From Klebsormidium nitens (Eukaryota > Plantae > Klebsormidiophyceae): a DNA stretch of 64,000 nt. A program made the position numbers and the translations under genes. This document shows, one piece after another, positions 26,933-37,600 of the stretch (position 1 is the stretch's first letter; the number at the start of each line of letters is the position of its first letter). The DNA lies in contig DF237012.1 of NCBI GenBank assembly GCA_000708835.1, positions 186,001 through 250,000 of the forward strand, given 5' to 3'. The notes below the pieces were generated by a model. The model ran no database searches and was not told the DNA's origin. It was given only the letters and a program-made list of their open reading frames with translations.

Positions 26933-29900
26933 ATGGAGCCGGTCAATGACGACACCTCCGTTGTCCAGTCATCAGGGGCGTCGCTGACGTCAGCAACTCA
27001 GCGGAGGCCTTCGAAAGCAAGCGAGAAGGAGCAAGCCAAGGAGACAGGTATGTAATTCATGGATGCTTGCGATGTGGTTGGGATCTTTCATAATATTCTT
27101 TCCTTTCCATCTTCAAATATTGCTAGAGCGGGTGAGGGAGCGCACCCCACTTTGATCCCACCACCATGTGCATTCTCTGGTCGGGGCTTGTTTTATGAGT
27201 TTGAGCAACTTTGTATCAAGCGCTTCACTTTTGCCCATATCAAGGTACAGAATGTGGCTCTCGACTTAACAATTATGTCAAGTAAAGCGATCATGGCCTT
27301 AAGGAGAGGACTCCCCACTCACACAACCACCTCTTCCATCAGCTTTCTAGGTCCTAATCTGTTATAGGCGTCACCAACAGCCACTGAGGCTGTGTGGGGC
27401 AATATTGGAGGAATGTTGGCAAACTTGTCGCCTGCTGAAACACTTTCACTTGTCTGAGCTTGCAAGACATATACAACACTGGCTGCAGAGCTTCAAATGT
27501 TGATCCAACTGGTATCGTAGCCTTTCTTAGGCAATCACAGCTCTGAGAAAAGGTTCCGGGCCTCACTGAGGTTCGCATCGGGAAGATGCTCAGACTTTCG
27601 CTGGTGCTGAGTTTAATCAGATCTTTCCACAGCAGATCCTGGTAGTGCAAAAGTTTGACGTGGACAGAAGTGTGCCGCTAGCCCCCCTTCTAATTGCAAT
27701 CCAAAGAAACCCCTCCTGCTTGCAGGCAATGAAGTCGCCACTGTTGCCCCGCTGCCCCCCCACCCAGCGGTCCAAAATTCCAGACCGGATGCGCCGGTCG
27801 TCTCCACAAAAGCCATCATTGCATCCATAGTCCTGACCATTGTCATTGCCGTAAACATGAACTATGGCTGGTACCAGGACCGTTTGGCGCTGGACCGACC
27901 CCCCCTGGACAAAGACTATGCACTGTACAAGGTGAGCTTTGGCAATTCTTTGGTCGTATGGGAGGGGTTCAGCGCGGTTTTAAATTCCTGGTTGGGGGTT
28001 GAAGTTTCTCTCCTGTAGAGCTAGGTGGTTGTGGTGGTTATTAAGCAGCTTGTATGAATTGCAGGGTGAGGGACTCCTTGGATAAGTGACAGCTTTGCAT
28101 GCTGTGAGAGCTGTTCCGTTGGTTTGCTGGGTAGACGCTTCGTAAGTTCTCTGGGGAGGTTATCTGCAGCCAAACAAGGCAAGGGGCTAGTTTGAGGTGG
28201 ACATTTCGAGACAAGTCCCACCCGGCCAGTCCTCATTCGAGACCCCACTGACCGGAAATCTCCTCCAAAAGCCAACCTCTACCCCCTCGGGGGCTGTCTC
28301 TGGCAGATGCTGCAGTGAATGGAGGCCGGGGGCACCTTGACCACCTTTGAACGCCAAAGCCCTCATTCCGAAGAGCTGACTGGCTCTAGCAATCAACGAA
28401 GTGCAAGTTTTGCCACGAAACGTGTCTCTCACCCGTGCTGACCTCACCCCCTGGGGCTGTCTCTGGCAGGTGCTGAAGTGAATGGAGGCCGGGGGCACCT
28501 TGACCACCTTTGAAGTCCAAAGCCCTCATTCCAAAGAGCTGGCCGGCTCTAGCAATCAACGCAATGCAACTTCTGCCACGAAACTTGATTTTCACCCGTG
28601 CTGACCTCACCCCCTGGGGCTGTTTTGTGCAGGTGCTGCAGTGGATGGAGGCCGGAGACACCTTGACCTGTCCTTTGACCTTCAAAGCCCTCATTCAAAC
28701 AGCTGGCCGGCTCTAGCAATCAACGAAATGCGAGTTTTGCCACGAAACTCTTTCACTCATGCTGACCTCACCTCCCGGGGGCTAATTTGTGCAGATGCTG
28801 CAGTGGATGGAGGCTGGGGGCACCCGCGGGGCCCTTCCCCCGAGCGCAAAGATGGAGGTACTCGACGACCTGGGCGCATGCAAGTGCATTCGGGGCGTGG
28901 CCGCGACTCACGACATCCAGATCATGGAAACCATCCTCGAGATTCCGGTAAGCCTAGGCACCCGTTGCAAGGCATGTTGACCCCTGCTGCTGGCAGGGCT
29001 TGCTTTCGCTTTCGCCTTGAACATTGTCCTTGGTGCCAAGTTCAAATTACCTTGTCGTCGTCCAGAAACACAGGCAGCCGCTTGCGCTTGAAACACTCGG
29101 ACTGAGCTCGATGGCTCGGCTTTATACAGGTAGGACACCCTCTTAAAAGCAGAGACTTATCCTACGTCACCATCCGTCCTTCTTTCCACGGTTCGACCAC
29201 ATCGTGTTCGACAGCCAAGGCTGATGACCATCTCGGCACCCTTCTCATCACAGAAAGTCTCACAAATCCGCCCCAGATTTGAAGCAAGCACTAGCTTTAG
29301 TCCAAGTCCCTTCCGCACACTTCGACCAGACAAATCTTAGTTCAGAAAGCCCAGACTGAACTCAATAGGCTCGGCTTTAACCTGGCCAGGGTAAAATTAC
29401 CCATCGAAAAGCACGACTAAGATCTGTCGTAACATACCCGTTGTGCACTTCGCCGTTGGGCAGCCAACGCGAGCCCCGGCCCGCGTGCACTGTGCAGGCG
29501 CAGTCGAAGGGGTTAACAGTACAAAGGCGTCAAGATTTGCACGGCCAGGATTGTCGTCGGCATGCTGTGTTCCACAGCTTCTTACTACAGAAAGTCACGC
29601 ACTTCCGTTCTCTTCCAGAAGCAAGCACTATCTCTCTTATTCTCACCTTCCGCCAGTTCGACCAGATCGTGTTCGACAGCTAGAGCAAGCTCCGCCAATG
29701 ACTTTGACTCCCCAGCTTCCAATCGGACAAACAAATATTCACTTTTCTCCCTGTCAATCTTCCCTCCCCGCAGATTGACCAGATCATGCTCGACGGTCTC
29801 CATCACCGTCTTATCCTTGCAGCTCGACCAGATTATCTTCGGCGGTCTGAGCCTTATCACCACCTTTTTTCGCAGTTCTGCCAGATCATCTTCGACAGCC

Positions 29901-32900
29901 AAACTGAATCAGCATCACCATCTTTTTTCGCAGTTCAAACAGGTCATGTTCGACAGCCAACTCGAACCCCTCCCTGCGATCACCGTTGACGGCGCAGTGG
30001 GAGCTAACAGAGGGTTTGTCAGAAGAAAGGCCATGATTGTTGACGTCATGCTGTTCCGCAGTTGCTACTCTAAAAATCCACGCACTTCCGCTCACTTTCA
30101 GAAGCAAGCACTCACTCTGAACAGTCTCTCCTTTTCCCGCATTAGGACCAGAACATCTAAGTCCGAGGTGTTCTCCCCTCCCCGCAATCGTATCAACTCA
30201 TTCTAGGCTCTCTTTCTTCGCTACATTTCGACCAAGCCATCTAACTTGGAAGCATCCCCCTCCCCGCAGTTGGACCAAATCATCTAACTTGAAAACATCC
30301 TCCTGTCCCCGCAGTTCGACCAGGTCATTTTCGACAGCCAAGTCGAGCCCCTGCCCAAGTGCACCGCTGACGCGCAGTGGGACGTGCGCCTCGCGGCCGC
30401 ACTGCTGCGGGAGAAGAACAAGGGGCCCAAGTCGCCCTTCTTCTACTACATCCAGGCGCTGCCGGACGAGATCCTGGCTGCGGTGACTTTGGACGAGGAA
30501 GACCTGGAGAAGGTGAGAGCTTTCGGTTTTAGGGTTTTAGGGTTTTAGCCCGTCTTTTTGCCCGCTGACGCTTCTGTTTTGGGCTTTACTGTCCAGGTTT
30601 TGCAAATGATTTGGGAGAAGAACAACTTGAGCTGGGCTTCCATGCTACATGCAGGCATTATCTACGGGATACATGGTTGCGGTCATTCTGGACCAGGAAT
30701 ACTGGGAGAAGGTGGGAGAAGAAGAACTTGTTTTCGGTGTTGCGTCACGTTCAGTTCTGCGGAACTGTAGCGAAGGCCAAGGGGCCTTCCTCGCCCTTCT
30801 TCTACAAACAGGCGCGGCTCGACGAGATTCTAGCTTGTAACGCTGGACGAGGAAGATCTGGAGAAGGCTTGGCCTTGCTGTGCTTTGCTCAGGGTTGTTG
30901 TTTTTGACGTCCAGACGTGGTAATCCAGAACTCTGAAGAAGGAGTCCTCGATTCGACCTTTTTAACGAACTTTCGGGGCCTGCCAATTGAGATGCTGGCT
31001 GCCGTGACATTGGATGAGGAAGCTTTGGAGAAGGTGAGGGCTCTCAGAGTCTTGACACCTCAGGGTTTAATATTGCAGACATTTCGTAGAGATCCAGGGT
31101 TATATGCTTTGTCCGTCCGCCCTTTTCCCAATGCAAAGTCCCATTAGAAACCAACAACGATGACGGGCTCGATTCTCGACGTGGTTGAATGCGAAGCAGG
31201 CCGCCCCATGCTGTCAGCAAAAACTTCAACAGTCTTACGATTCCAGAAAAGCTGGCGGTGCACTCGCGATCTCAATCAGCGAATGGTAGCACACGCCACT
31301 CACGAGCCGCCAATGGTGAAAGTCCCGGCGGACCCATCGTGCAAACGACTAGTTGGTTCCACTTGAATTCTGATCTCGGGTTGTGGCGCAGGTACAGGAC
31401 AAGACGGACTGCGCCATACTAGCGGCACAGCCCCAGCAGGTTGGAACTTTGAAAACGTCAACCTGCGACATTCAACCCACGAGCTTCGCATAACCCAGTA
31501 ACAACAAGGAAAAAGTGACCGAGTCTTATTTCGACGCAGGTGAAGTACGAGACGGGCCGCGCCAAGCTGGCGGCGCAGCGGCCGTGGATGGAGACGCTGT
31601 GGGTGCGCTGCCTGGCGGAAGCGCCGGAGCTGATCGCGCACGCAAACTGGCACGAGTTCCGGTGGGCCATCGCCGTCGTGCAGAGCCGCTCGTTCTCGCT
31701 GGTGCAGAAGCGAGCGGAAAACCAGGTGAGCGGAATGCTCAAGTGTAGGCAGGACACTGAGAACATCGTTGATTGCGTCAGGTCATGTTCCGAGGACACC
31801 TGAAAACGTCCGGGGGCCATGGGCGACTCGCGCCTGGGAAAAGAATGCTGTTGTTTTCTGCAGAATGGCAACTCGTACCTCCACCTTCTCCCCAAGGTAT
31901 TTTTCAGTTCGATCAGCCGTTTGCGTGAAACTTGTCGTCGACGACCAGATTGGCGTGCACGTTCTTGGCGCTGCCTTGCCTCGATTACAACTTCATGGAG
32001 CCTAGTCGAAGCGGTCAATACGCATCCAACCGGGAATCGACGGCTTGGGTTTTCTGGTAGTTCTGGTAACATCACGGAACGTGAGCAGAAGTGTCGCACN
32101 NNNNNNNNNNNNNNNNNNNCCGAAGCTTATGCCTGGCGAGAACTATTAGCCCACCGGAAGCCAAAAGCACTGACAACATCAGGAGCGACGCGGGCCCCGA
32201 TAGTTCTCAACCCGTGGATAAAAGTCTTCGGATTGTGTGCGAGAGGTAAGTTCTGGTGCAAGGAGTATGCGACCAGAAGTGTTCCAATTGTTGAGTAAGT
32301 CCGTTTTTGGATCGCGGTCGCACTAAGCCCACTGTTGTATGTAGCGACGACATAAACGACTTCAAATATAGCCCGTACAATGTAGTTTCATGAACGGCTC
32401 TGTTGCGCGGATGGCTTATTTTGGAAAGTGTGGTCTTTTGCGGGTGTCTGCGGTACAAATACCCAAAGCAGCAACAGGCGACACACATCCCCCTCGATAC
32501 AGCCTTTCAATAGAAGCAGTTGGAAACCGTTTTCGGGGCTTTGTGTAAGCACTGTGCATACTCCCGTCCACTGCTGCGGTTTTGCGAGGTTCCTCGTGAC
32601 GGCAATGCTTACGAAATTAATCGGAAGGTTTTGCCCCTTCTTCATTTCTAAAGGTTTGGTAGGTACTGAGGACTAAGTGTCGAGAGATACGTCACAGCGA
32701 TCAAATCCCGTGACGACCACTTTGTCTGACCAAATGAGTGCATTGCATCATTTAACGCACTCATTCCTGCCGCAGGCTTATTGGGAGACGTCGCCCGATG
32801 GGCGTTCGGTGTTCCTGAAAGCGGCGCGCAGCATTTCGGCCGGAGAGGAGCTCTGCGACTCATACGGAAAGAAGGGCAACGACGAGCTGCTCATAAGCTA

Positions 32901-33579
32901 TGGCTTCATCACCCGCGACAACGCGTACGAGTACGTGGCCCTGTTTGACACCGTGGAAGCTGCCATAGACTGGCTGTTCGAGGCGTTTCCATGTCGCTCC
33001 GGCCCGGGGGCCGAAGTGGTGTCAAGGCCGCCGGACTGTCGGGAGGAGGTGCTCGAAACGGTGCGGAAACGGTTGGAGGACGTACCGGTATCGCCCATCA
33101 TCCAAGCGATGAAGGACGACCCGGCGACGGATTACTACGTGCACGACATCCCGCGCATGAGCTTGTTTGTGAACGGAACGGAAGACACGCGATTGACGGC
33201 GGCCTTTGAGGCTGCCTTTTCTCAAGCTTGCTTCCTTTGTGCCCGGGACACTCCCTCGGGGACCAGCGAAGTCGCTCAGAGTATCCAGAGTGCAGTAGAC
33301 GAGGCAAAGGAGCTCGTTGCAAGGGCCTCGGGGATCGACGCATCAAGTCGGCTTGCGAGCCATACTGTCAACGGTAGGACTGATTTGGCGGTTAAGCTGC
33401 GTGTTTTGGAGCTTTTGAAACCTCTCGGCATTAGCTTTGGCGATGAGGCTACGAGTACGTGGCGGAGACCGACCCGCCGCGAGCTGGCTGGGTTGCCGTG
33501 GAAAGAGCAGGTACTCAAGGAATACAACGACAGCAAGATAAAGTTGCTGCTAGCAAGACTCGATTCAGTCAGCCTGTAA
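26933..33579 (+). CDS. Rubisco LSMT/SETD3-type SET-domain methyltransferase with a predicted N-terminal TM helix
   Basis: Phase-compatible exons at 26933-27047, 27726-27931, 28795-28947 (IRGVAATHDIQIMETILEIP), 30315-30512 (RLAAALLREKNKGPKSPFFYYIQALP), 31540-31725 (FRWAIAVVQSRSF), 31864-31896 and 32776-33579 (AARSISAGEELCDSYGKKGNDELLISYGF). The expected D-x-x-N-H motif was not found; it may fall in the gap at 32100-32119. Confidence 0.85.
28270..28830 (+). repeat. Three ~163-bp tandem copies of the acceptor plus start of exon 3, in SET intron 2
   Basis: cag|RTGCTGMAGTGRATGGAGGC junctions end at 28306, 28469, 28632 and 28794 (true). Spacings are 163, 163 and 162. Confidence 0.93.
29190..30345 (+). 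repeat. About 9 irregular copies of the acceptor plus start of exon 4, in SET intron 3
   Basis: Variants of cgcag|TTCGACCAGGTCATTTTCGACAGCC at ~29195, 29320, 29655, 29770, 29820, 29872, 29930, 30228 and 30266. The true acceptor ends at 30314. Confidence 0.88.
30455..31045 (+). repeat. Two degenerate copies of the exon 4 3' end plus donor, in SET intron 4
   Basis: The true junction is GAGATCCTGGCTGCGGTGACTTTGGACGAGGAAGACCTGGAGAAG|gtgaga (30512). Copies end at ~30867 (GT lost) and ~31032 (GAGAAG|gtgagg retained). Confidence 0.88.
30525..30548 (+). repeat. Short interstitial telomere-like repeat (TTTTAGGG)2-3
   Basis: ggttttagggttttagggttttag, 13 nt downstream of the SET exon 4 donor. Confidence 0.6.
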
Positions 33580-34669
33580 CTCTCCTGAGGTTCCATTTTG
33601 TCTTGACTAACATCCTTCAAATTTGCTCAGACTCGCACTGCGAGTGGTGTTCCGAAGCCATTGATTTTCTTATGTGCACTGATACGTACCAAATGATGCC
33701 GACAAGATTCAGTGACTGCTTCGGAGTTATTAATCATCCAAGCTGCCAATCATGGCATATAAGTTGGCGGCTCATTCAATTGTGATTCCAGGCTTGCCTG
33801 CAAACATGCAAGCGCCTCGTCGAGCTAACGCAGCTCGGGAACCGGACAGGGCCTTCATAGCCTCATGAGTGTGCCAATACAAAAACATTGATTTAGTACA
33901 TGCATATTACACTACACTGCCTGGCATGATGCTTGCTGCCGTGCGGTATACGCCAAACTGGCACGGCCGGTGCCGCGGAGCATGCGGAAATAACACATAG
34001 GGCCTCATGCATGGCCGCCATGGGTATTAAACTGCATGCAGCGCCGCGCTGACTTCCCGAGGGACATATGCCCCTAACTTGGCAATGAGGCCTTCGTTGT
34101 GTGCGCTAGCTCGCTCCGTGCGGCCGCCGTGCACAAAATGCAGTCAGTTATCTGCCAAACGTACTCCCCGCTTAGTACACAATTGCGTTTCAGACACCAG
34201 CTTAATGCGAAACTTACCCTATGTAAAGGCAATTAGTGACTCCTATTCACCTACAGCAAGGATCCATGTCCGGTTAAGAGGGCCGGGCCGGCATTACCTA
34301 GCTTGTGATTGTGTGTTTTCGGACTGCTGTCCAACTTATAGATCGGAGACTGACCTGGACTCTTTCCTGCCAGCCTACCCGCAAGCTTTCTATGTACAAA
34401 CCATTGCTACCGGGTGGCCCTTCAATCTGCACAAGCCTCGTCTCCATCCTCTTCCCTCACTCATGTTTGCACATCGCACACTTCACTGTACATGTAAACC
34501 CTTGTCCTTTTGATATTATGTACAGCACAGTTGAAGGCACGCTCATTTGATAGACTAAGAGCAGCGTAAAAGGTGTTGACTTAGGTGGCGCATGGTAGAC
34601 CCAATACGTTCCATACTCCAGACCCGCACCCGTCAGAACCCTTGCCGCACTTTTTTTCCTGAACCTAGC

Positions 34670-37600
34670 TCACAACCTAACGGAGATCGGCGTTAGGGAA
34701 TGCGATCCCACTCCGGTAGATAAGTATACCGCCCGGGACGCCTCCCCGTGCCCGAAGAAGCACCGCCGCTCCCCAAAGTGGCACCCGGGGCCTATTCCCC
34801 GGTCGCTCTTGTCAAAGTACTGCAAGCAGAAGCTCTCCTCCTTGCTGGCGTGTGAGTACTCACAAAAGAGATCGGTACATCCCTCCGGGTCCTGTGCGTA
34901 AGCCGCGCACAACTTCACGGGTGCCCGGTTAGGTGATAGAACCGCCCGCATGCGCTCCTGGGGGATCCGGTAGACCGAGGTTTGGCGACCGATATGAGGA
35001 GCGCGCGCGTCGCGCGGGACGTCGCGTCCATTGGAGAAGTCGGAGAAGGCGGGGCGAGGTCTGGCTTCGGTGCCTGGTACAAAGAAGCACAAGGGCTCAC
35101 TAAATGGTGGCGGCTTTGCTTGAAGCGCGCATGCGCCAAGCTCAATCGTTGTTTTCGCGCTCAACAGGGCCCTTTAGAATCCGCAAGGTCCAACTTCGCC
35201 ATACATTGAAGTGTCAGCGCAGCCTCTAAAATTCCTGAACGACTATAACTTGACGTCCCCAAGTCGTCCGGACTGTCAACGAAACGCCAATAGCAGACCG
35301 CAACGTCTTCCTGAAGCAACCCTTGAGAAGTGCCCCCTGTGTCAAGCGCCTTGTCCAAAAACACCACTTTCTGTACTTGTATGTTACGAAGCCCNNNNNN
35401 NNNNNNNNNNNNNNNNNNNNNNNNNNNNNNNNNNNNNNNNNNNNNNNNNNNNNTGCTTCCGCCGCCCACATAGTCCGCCGGCGGCACACCGACCGGAGTG
35501 TTCAGCCCGGGAGAGCCATATCCAAGCCCCTGTTGGTCATCTTCCAGCCCCGCACCTCCAGGAAACTGCGCTCCAACCATGTGCCCGGTGCTTTTCCCCG
35601 GGCTTGCGGCTGCCGCCCTCTCCCGCCAAGCATTCAGCCACTGCTTACGAGCTTCGCCAATGGGCCTGTTCGCCGGATCATCCAGAGGGAAGCTCGCGGG
35701 GGGCGTGACAGAGTAAGCGGAAAACGACTGCTAGAAGCGGGCCGATTCCCACCAGACGAGTCCTTGCTCATTCCCCCAGTGACCGCTACTGGTGTACATG
35801 CGCCATCTGATTTGAGGCCGCCCGTGGGCCCTATTTTTCCGGCTGCGTTCACAGGCTTTTGAGGAGTTTTGGCGGAGCTTCCGACGTCGACCTTCTGATC
35901 GGCCCCGACCGCGCTCTCGTTCTCCAGCAAGCGCTTCTGCTCCGCTGAGCTGGTCCGTACCACGGAGACCTTCCGTTCTGCGGCGCGCCCTCCTTCCGCC
36001 GAGCTTTTCCGTTCTTCCGATTCCGCTCTAAGCGCGATTGGCTCCGCAAGCGGAACGCAAGGCGGACGATCCTCCGGGACTGATTTTGCCGACTCTCTTT
36101 TCTCTCTGGTCGCATCTCCCGGTTCGGAAGACGCGGCCGGTGGGCGCGCCCCAAACCCTGCCAGCATCTCCATCAAAGGTTTCTCTAACGTCACGCCTTC
36201 TGTTTTGGGTGCGCCAACCCCAGACTCGGGGCGTCCCATCTCCGTCTTTCCCTGCTCGGACATCCGTTCCGCCGGAGTCTCCTGGAGGCGCGCCGGATCG
36301 CCCTCCACTACACTCTCATGGCTCTCGTCCTCTTTCCCCGGTTGCCTCACTTCGGGCGGTGCTTCAGTCGGCCGCTCTTCTGCAGAACCGGTCGGTTCAG
36401 CGGCCCCGGTAGCAGCAGGCTCATCAAACGGTTTGGCCTCAAGATCCGTTTTTTCGACATTGAACATTTCGTCATTCTCTTCAAAATCTGCCGTGACTGA
36501 CTGCCACGCTGCACTCTCCGAGCCACCGCTTTCTCTTTCATTCGCGCCGGCTTCCGACCGCTTTTGGCGTTTCATTGGGCAAATGTCCCCTTCCCCTGGC
36601 CCCACCAGTCCTCCTCCTTCGCCTTCTGCCTTCCTCTTCATGCCCGCTTCTACGTTCTCAATTGAACCAGTCGGCGTCAAACTTCTGGGCAGCTCCGTTT
36701 CCGGCCCTCTCCCGTTCCTGTTGCCGGTTCCGGTTTCGGCTCCGTTTCCGCTTTCATTTACGTTTTCGACCATTTTCGTCTCTACAGTCGCCTCTACACG
36801 GCCCTCTTCAATCGGCGTCGACTGCTCGGTATGAACTACCGCCCCCCTGACGGATTCCGCTTCCGCTGGCGGAGTCTGCACGACCTTGTTGCGCACCCGG
36901 AGGATGGCTTTCACCAGGGCTTCGCTCGCGGTCTTGGGAGGCGGATTACTTGCGGGCGTCGGTTGCGCGGCCGCGGCGGAGGGCGCAATTTCCGCCGGTT
37001 GAACTCCAGGTTGACTGCATCGGATCGGAGCAAAGGCCGTTCAGGCGAAGCTTCGATGGAGTTTCCAGCGACCGATCAAGCACTGGGCTCCTGGAGGGAT
37101 AAGTCATGGCCAGAAGAACAAGGAGAAGGCTCGCACCGGGGCTGGATGAAGGTATGCTTTGAGTATGTTGATGCCGCTTGTTTGCAGCCAGACACGATGA
37201 ATCCAAAATCCGCCTCCAAAGCGAAGAAATTCTTCGAAAAAGGAACAGAGCTGACGTTGACTTCTGGTCGACCATGCAACAGATGCAAGGGCTGAAACAC
37301 GGTACAAAGAGAAGTCGCTCTAAGATTGCGTCCTCAAAACAAGCTCTCCATACACACCGCTGACGACTAGTTTGTAATGCGTGTATTTGCAAGATGAGAG
37401 GAACCTTCTCTGCAAACCCCTCTTAATCGCAGAAGAAGCAAAGCTACTCTGCATTTGTGATGGAATATAGCCAATTATTGAACTTGAGGTCACGGTGCAC
37501 AAAAACTCTCCCTCACCTTAAGACGACGTCAGCACTCCCCACGTCCATGACGTCCACTTCGGCCGCCTTGACGTTTGCTCGGTCCGCACTTTCGTTCCCG

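Noticed and set aside
29562-30206. 214-aa plus-strand ORF
   Set aside because: Runs through the echo array of SET intron 3 and is explained by repeat-derived low complexity.
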